Origin: Aulosira sp. ZfuVER01
GTDB lineage: Bacteria; Cyanobacteriota; Cyanobacteriia; Cyanobacteriales; Nostocaceae
Reading direction: 5' to 3'
NCBI GenBank assembly: GCA_034530615.2
Contig: JAVRCV020000010.1
Location: 1 to 64,000 of the forward strand
DNA length: 64,000 bases
Shown piece after piece: positions 60,456-64,000 of the stretch. The notes beneath the pieces were generated by a model. The model saw only the letters and a program-made list of their open reading frames with translations, was not told the origin of the DNA and searched no databases. A program made the translations under genes and the position numbers. Numbering within the stretch: position 1 is the first letter of the stretch; the number at the start of each line of letters is the position of its first letter.

Positions 60456-61928
60456 ATGAGTACGCACATAGAAATTCCCTTGATTGGTAAAAAAGTTAAG
60501 TATCCATTGCGTTGGTTAATAGGGCTAATTGCAGCGGGTGCTTTGGTTGTGGGTACAACTACTACCTACAATCTGGTGAATCGGGGAACTAGCAAACAAG
60601 ATATTTCTCAACTAACTGTTCCAGTAGAAACGCAAAACGTGACTCTGCGAATTAATGCTAGTGGTAAGGTAGTACCTGTTCAGAGCGTGAATATTAGTCC
60701 CAAAAATCCAGGGGTGTTGGGGCAATTATATGTTGAACAAGGCGATCGCGTGCAACAAGGGCAAGTTATCGCCCGTATGGATGTAGGCGAAATTGAAGCC
60801 CAAATCCTGCAATATAAAGCTAACTTAGCCCAAGCCCAAGCCCAACTCGATCAAGCCCGTGCAGGGAATCGTCCCCAAGAAATTGCCCAAGCTAAAGCGC
60901 GTTTAGCACAAGCAGAGGCGCAACTAGCCGCAGCGCGTGCGGGTAATCGCGCTCAAGAAATTGAACAAGCGCAAGCGCAAGTAGAATCAGCGAAAGCTCA
61001 GGTTAACTTAACGCAAGCAAGGGTGAAGCGATATCGGGAATTAACTAAGCAAGGCGCAACTTCTCAAGACCAGCTGGATCAATATATTAGTGAAGACAAA
61101 CGCGCTCAAGCTAGTTTACAAGAAGCGCAAAAACGGCTGTCTCTACTGCAAAGTGGAACTCGCAGTGAAGAAATTGACGCTAAGGAAGCAGCTGTTACCG
61201 AAGCCCGCGCCGCCCTAGTATTGTTAGAAAATGGTAGCCGTCCTGAAGAAATTGCTCAACGTCAAGCAGCGGTGAAAGTTGCGCAAGCTCAATTAAAAGC
61301 AACCCAGGTGAGACTTGCAGATACGGTAATTCGCGCCCCCTTTAGTGGGATTGTCACACAGAAGTATGCAAACATCGGTGCGTTTGTCACGCCGACAACT
61401 TCTGCTTCTAGTAGTGCATCGGCTACTTCTAGTTCAATTGTTGCTGTCGCACGGGGTTTAGAAGTACTAGCGCAAGTCCCCGAAGCCGATATTGGCAGAA
61501 TTAAACCAGGACAGCAGGTAGAAATTGTTGCTGATGCTTATCCTGACCAAGTATTTAAAGGACGTGTGCGCTTGATTGCACCGGAAGCTGTGGTTGAACA
61601 AGGTGTCACATCCTTTCAGGTGCGGGTGGCGCTGGATACTGGTACAGATAAACTGCGTTCTGGCTTAAATGTGGATTTGACCTTTCTAGGCGATCGCGTC
61701 AACAATACCTTAGTATTACCCACCGTCGCCATTGTCACCGAAAAAGGTAAAACTGGCGTACTTATCCCCGACGAAAATAATAAACCCCTATTTCGCCAAG
61801 TCACCGTTGGCGCACAAATCCAAGACCAAACGCAGATTTTAGAAGGAGTGAAATCAGGCGATCGCATCTTTGTAAACCCACCGAAGGATTACAAGATTGA
61901 GAAGGCGAAGGAGCAGAGTAAGAAATAG
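60456..61928 (+). CDS. Efflux periplasmic adaptor (MacA/DevB/HlyD family)
   Basis: TM anchor, IRAPFSGIV, AGNRPQEI repeats; paralogue of 15943..17517. Confidence 0.92.
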   Translation: MSTHIEIPLIGKKVKYPLRWLIGLIAAGALVVGTTTTYNLVNRGTSKQDISQLTVPVETQNVTLRINASGKVVPVQSVNISPKNPGVLGQLYVEQGDRVQQGQVIARMDVGEIEAQILQYKANLAQAQAQLDQARAGNRPQEIAQAKARLAQAEAQLAAARAGNRAQEIEQAQAQVESAKAQVNLTQARVKRYRELTKQGATSQDQLDQYISEDKRAQASLQEAQKRLSLLQSGTRSEEIDAKEAAVTEARAALVLLENGSRPEEIAQRQAAVKVAQAQLKATQVRLADTVIRAPFSGIVTQKYANIGAFVTPTTSASSSASATSSSIVAVARGLEVLAQVPEADIGRIKPGQQVEIVADAYPDQVFKGRVRLIAPEAVVEQGVTSFQVRVALDTGTDKLRSGLNVDLTFLGDRVNNTLVLPTVAIVTEKGKTGVLIPDENNKPLFRQVTVGAQIQDQTQILEGVKSGDRIFVNPPKDYKIEKAKEQSKK

Positions 61929-61934
61929 GGTACG

Positions 61935-62047
61935 AGGGAGAGTGGGGAGAGTGGGGAGTGTGGGGGGTGTGGGGAGACAAGGAGGACAAGGAGGACAAGG
62001 GAGAAATGACAAATGTCTAATGCCCAATGATAAATGACAAATGACAA
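61935..62047. repeat. Short tandem repeats (GAGAGTGGG, GGACAAGGA, AAATGAC units)
   Basis: Directly visible in the intergenic space. Confidence 0.75.
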
Positions 62048-62050
62048 GGT

Positions 62051-63268
62051 ATGAACTTTTTAGAAAGCATTCAAATGGCGGGGAAAACCCTGCTGGCAAA
62101 TAAATTGCGTAGTGCCCTTACCATGCTGGGTATCGTTATTGGTAATGCCTCAGTAATTGCCATGATTGGGATTGGCGAAGGTGGGCAGAAGTATGTTTCT
62201 CAACAATTAGAATCGTTAGGGCCAAATATATTATTTGTCATACCAGGTAATCAAGAAACTCAGCGAATCTCTAGAGATGTGCCGAGAACGCTGGTTTTGG
62301 AAGATGCACAAGCGATCGCAACTCAAGTACCAACGGTAGCAAATGTAACTGCTGAGTTAAATAGCCGTCAGGTGGTGACTTACCGCAATCGCAATACCGA
62401 TGTCAACATTATCGGTACAACTCCCAGCTTCTTGACAGTACGAGATTTTGAAGCAGCCAAAGGACGATTTTTTACTGATATAGATATGAAACGCAGTAAC
62501 CAAGTTGCTGTGTTAGGTGCAGACTTAGCAGAAAGACTGTTTGGTAGTGTTAATCCTGTCGGACAGCAATTAAGAATTAAAAATACTAGCTTTCAAGTGA
62601 TTGGGGTACTCACAGCCAAAGGTTCAAACTTAGGTGTGAATTACGACGATGCAGCATTAGTACCAATGCTCGCTGCTGCTAATCGCTTGATTGGGCGAAC
62701 TTCTCCCTATGGCTTGGAGGTGACATATATTGTCGCCTCTGCGAAGAATGCTGATAGTGTCGATGCAGCAGAGTTTCAAATTACCAATTTGCTCCGACAA
62801 CGCCACAAAATTAACGGCGAAGATGACTTTACAATTCGTTCTCAGAAAGATGCTTTGCAAACAGTTGGGCAAATTACAGGTGCATTAACAATTATGCTAG
62901 CGGCGATCGCTGGGATATCTTTGTTTGTTGGTGGCATTGGGATTATGAATATCATGCTAGTTTCCGTCACTGAACGCACCCAAGAAATTGGATTGCGAAA
63001 AGCGATCGGGGCAACTGAGCAAGATATTTTGCTACAGTTCATCATTGAAGCTGTGATTGTCTCTGCAATTGGTGGCTTTGTGGGGACGGCGGTTGGTGTT
63101 GGTGGTATTTTCTTAGTCGCAGCCTTAACTCCCTTAGAAGCCGGAATTTCTCCCGTAGCAATTACTATGGCTGTTGGTATCTCTGGCGGGATTGGCTTAT
63201 TCTTCGGTGTCGTTCCCGCACGACGCGCTGCCAAACTCGACCCGATTGTAGCATTGAGAAGTGCATAA
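62051..63268 (+). CDS. ABC exporter permease (MacB/FtsX family)
   Basis: RSALTMLGIVIG, GGIGIMNIMLVSVTERTQEIG, AAKLDPI. Confidence 0.93.
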   Translation: MNFLESIQMAGKTLLANKLRSALTMLGIVIGNASVIAMIGIGEGGQKYVSQQLESLGPNILFVIPGNQETQRISRDVPRTLVLEDAQAIATQVPTVANVTAELNSRQVVTYRNRNTDVNIIGTTPSFLTVRDFEAAKGRFFTDIDMKRSNQVAVLGADLAERLFGSVNPVGQQLRIKNTSFQVIGVLTAKGSNLGVNYDDAALVPMLAAANRLIGRTSPYGLEVTYIVASAKNADSVDAAEFQITNLLRQRHKINGEDDFTIRSQKDALQTVGQITGALTIMLAAIAGISLFVGGIGIMNIMLVSVTERTQEIGLRKAIGATEQDILLQFIIEAVIVSAIGGFVGTAVGVGGIFLVAALTPLEAGISPVAITMAVGISGGIGLFFGVVPARRAAKLDPIVALRSA

Positions 63269-63347
63269 TAGCGCTGTATTTCAGTAGGGGCACGGCACTG
63301 CCGTGACCTTAAAATTATCTGTACCCACGAAGTTGCAATCTGCTGTA

Positions 63348-63536
63348 TTTCGTTCAGAAGGCAAGTTATTTCGTACAGAACACAAGTCGTTTCATTCAGA
63401 ACGCAAGTTGTTTCGTTCAGAATGCAAGTTGTTTTGTTCAGAACACAAGTTGTTTCGTTCAGAACACAAGTTGTTTCGTTCAGAACACAAGTTGTTTTGT
63501 TCAGAACACAAGTTGCTTGGTTCAGAAGGCAAGTTT
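63348..63536. repeat. Tandem array of nine 21-bp units (consensus TTTCGTTCAGAACACAAGTTG)
   Basis: Contiguous units with no spacers; terminal units are degenerate. Confidence 0.9.
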
Positions 63537-63611
63537 GTGATTGTATATGAAGAAATATACAGCAGATTGCAACTTTGTGACTACAGATAATTGTGAGGGC
63601 AAGGCAATGCC

Positions 63612-63808
63612 CATTGGTGCCAACTTAACGCGAAAGGCTTTGTTGCTCAAGATATTCGATCCCCCTAAATCCCCCTTATTAAGGGGGACTTTGATTCTTT
63701 TCCCCCCTTTTTTAAGGGGGGTTAGGGGGGATCGAAAGTTTACGGTGCAAAGAAAGAGAACCCCAAAGACTTACGCTGTATGCATCTAAGTTTAAGTTGA
63801 CACGTATG
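63612..63808. mobile_element. 197-bp MITE (IS4-like ends), copy 2, with 9-bp TSD GGCAATGCC
   Basis: TIRs CATTGGTGCCAACTTAA / TTAAGTTGACACGTATG. Direct repeats at 63603-63611 and 63809-63817. Inverted homologue of 21380-21576. Confidence 0.85.
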
Positions 63809-64000
63809 GGCAATGCCTTGCCCCTACGAGTAATTTATGTGTCGTAAACACTATTTAAATTAGTATAATTTTCGTGTAATTACTGAGATGATAATCTAAA
63901 GTTTATTGGCAAAAAAAGCTTTATTTTGGCTATTTTTACTGAAGCACCTCATTATCTTTATGAGAGATTCTAGAAGAATAAATTTGAATAAAAGGTGCGC

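Noticed and set aside
61801..62099. ORFs 61801..61998 and 61854..62099
   Set aside because: Translations of short tandem repeats, antisense to the exporter genes.
63348..63536. Possible CRISPR array
   Set aside because: Units are contiguous 21-mers with no unique spacers, and there are no cas genes in the window.
63541..63789. 82-aa ORF
   Set aside because: Runs through the MITE and its palindromes.

Overview
Chromosomal window from a heterocyst-forming (Nostocales-type) cyanobacterium, judged from frequent HIP1 GCGATCGC sites, heptamer tandem repeats, kaiABC next to an hgdD-like TolC, and psb34. Most of it is housekeeping or envelope genes: kaiABC with a divergent hybrid histidine kinase, a GyrA/ParC paralogue, a DivK-like regulator, two MacAB/DevBCA-type exporters (one with a second TolC), pfkA, an orthocaspase-GUN4 protein, a ManC/PMM fusion, YlmH, a GH13 amylase and tRNA-Val(GAC). 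The stand-out feature is a coupled, AT-rich gene pair at 40833-47118 (minus strand). It encodes a 1315-aa SF2 helicase with a C-terminal PD-(D/E)xK nuclease, followed by a ~778-aa protein with an Argonaute MID-like Y-K-Q-K signature and no visible slicer tetrad. This resembles a DdmDE-type (helicase-nuclease plus inactive pAgo) DNA-defence system. Intergenic DNA carries several families of miniature mobile elements. These include two 197-bp MITEs inserted into REP-like hairpins with 9-bp target duplications, a MITE that supplies the pfkA Shine-Dalgarno, and a 21-bp insertion into a HIP1 site. All calls come from reading motifs by eye; no searches were run.
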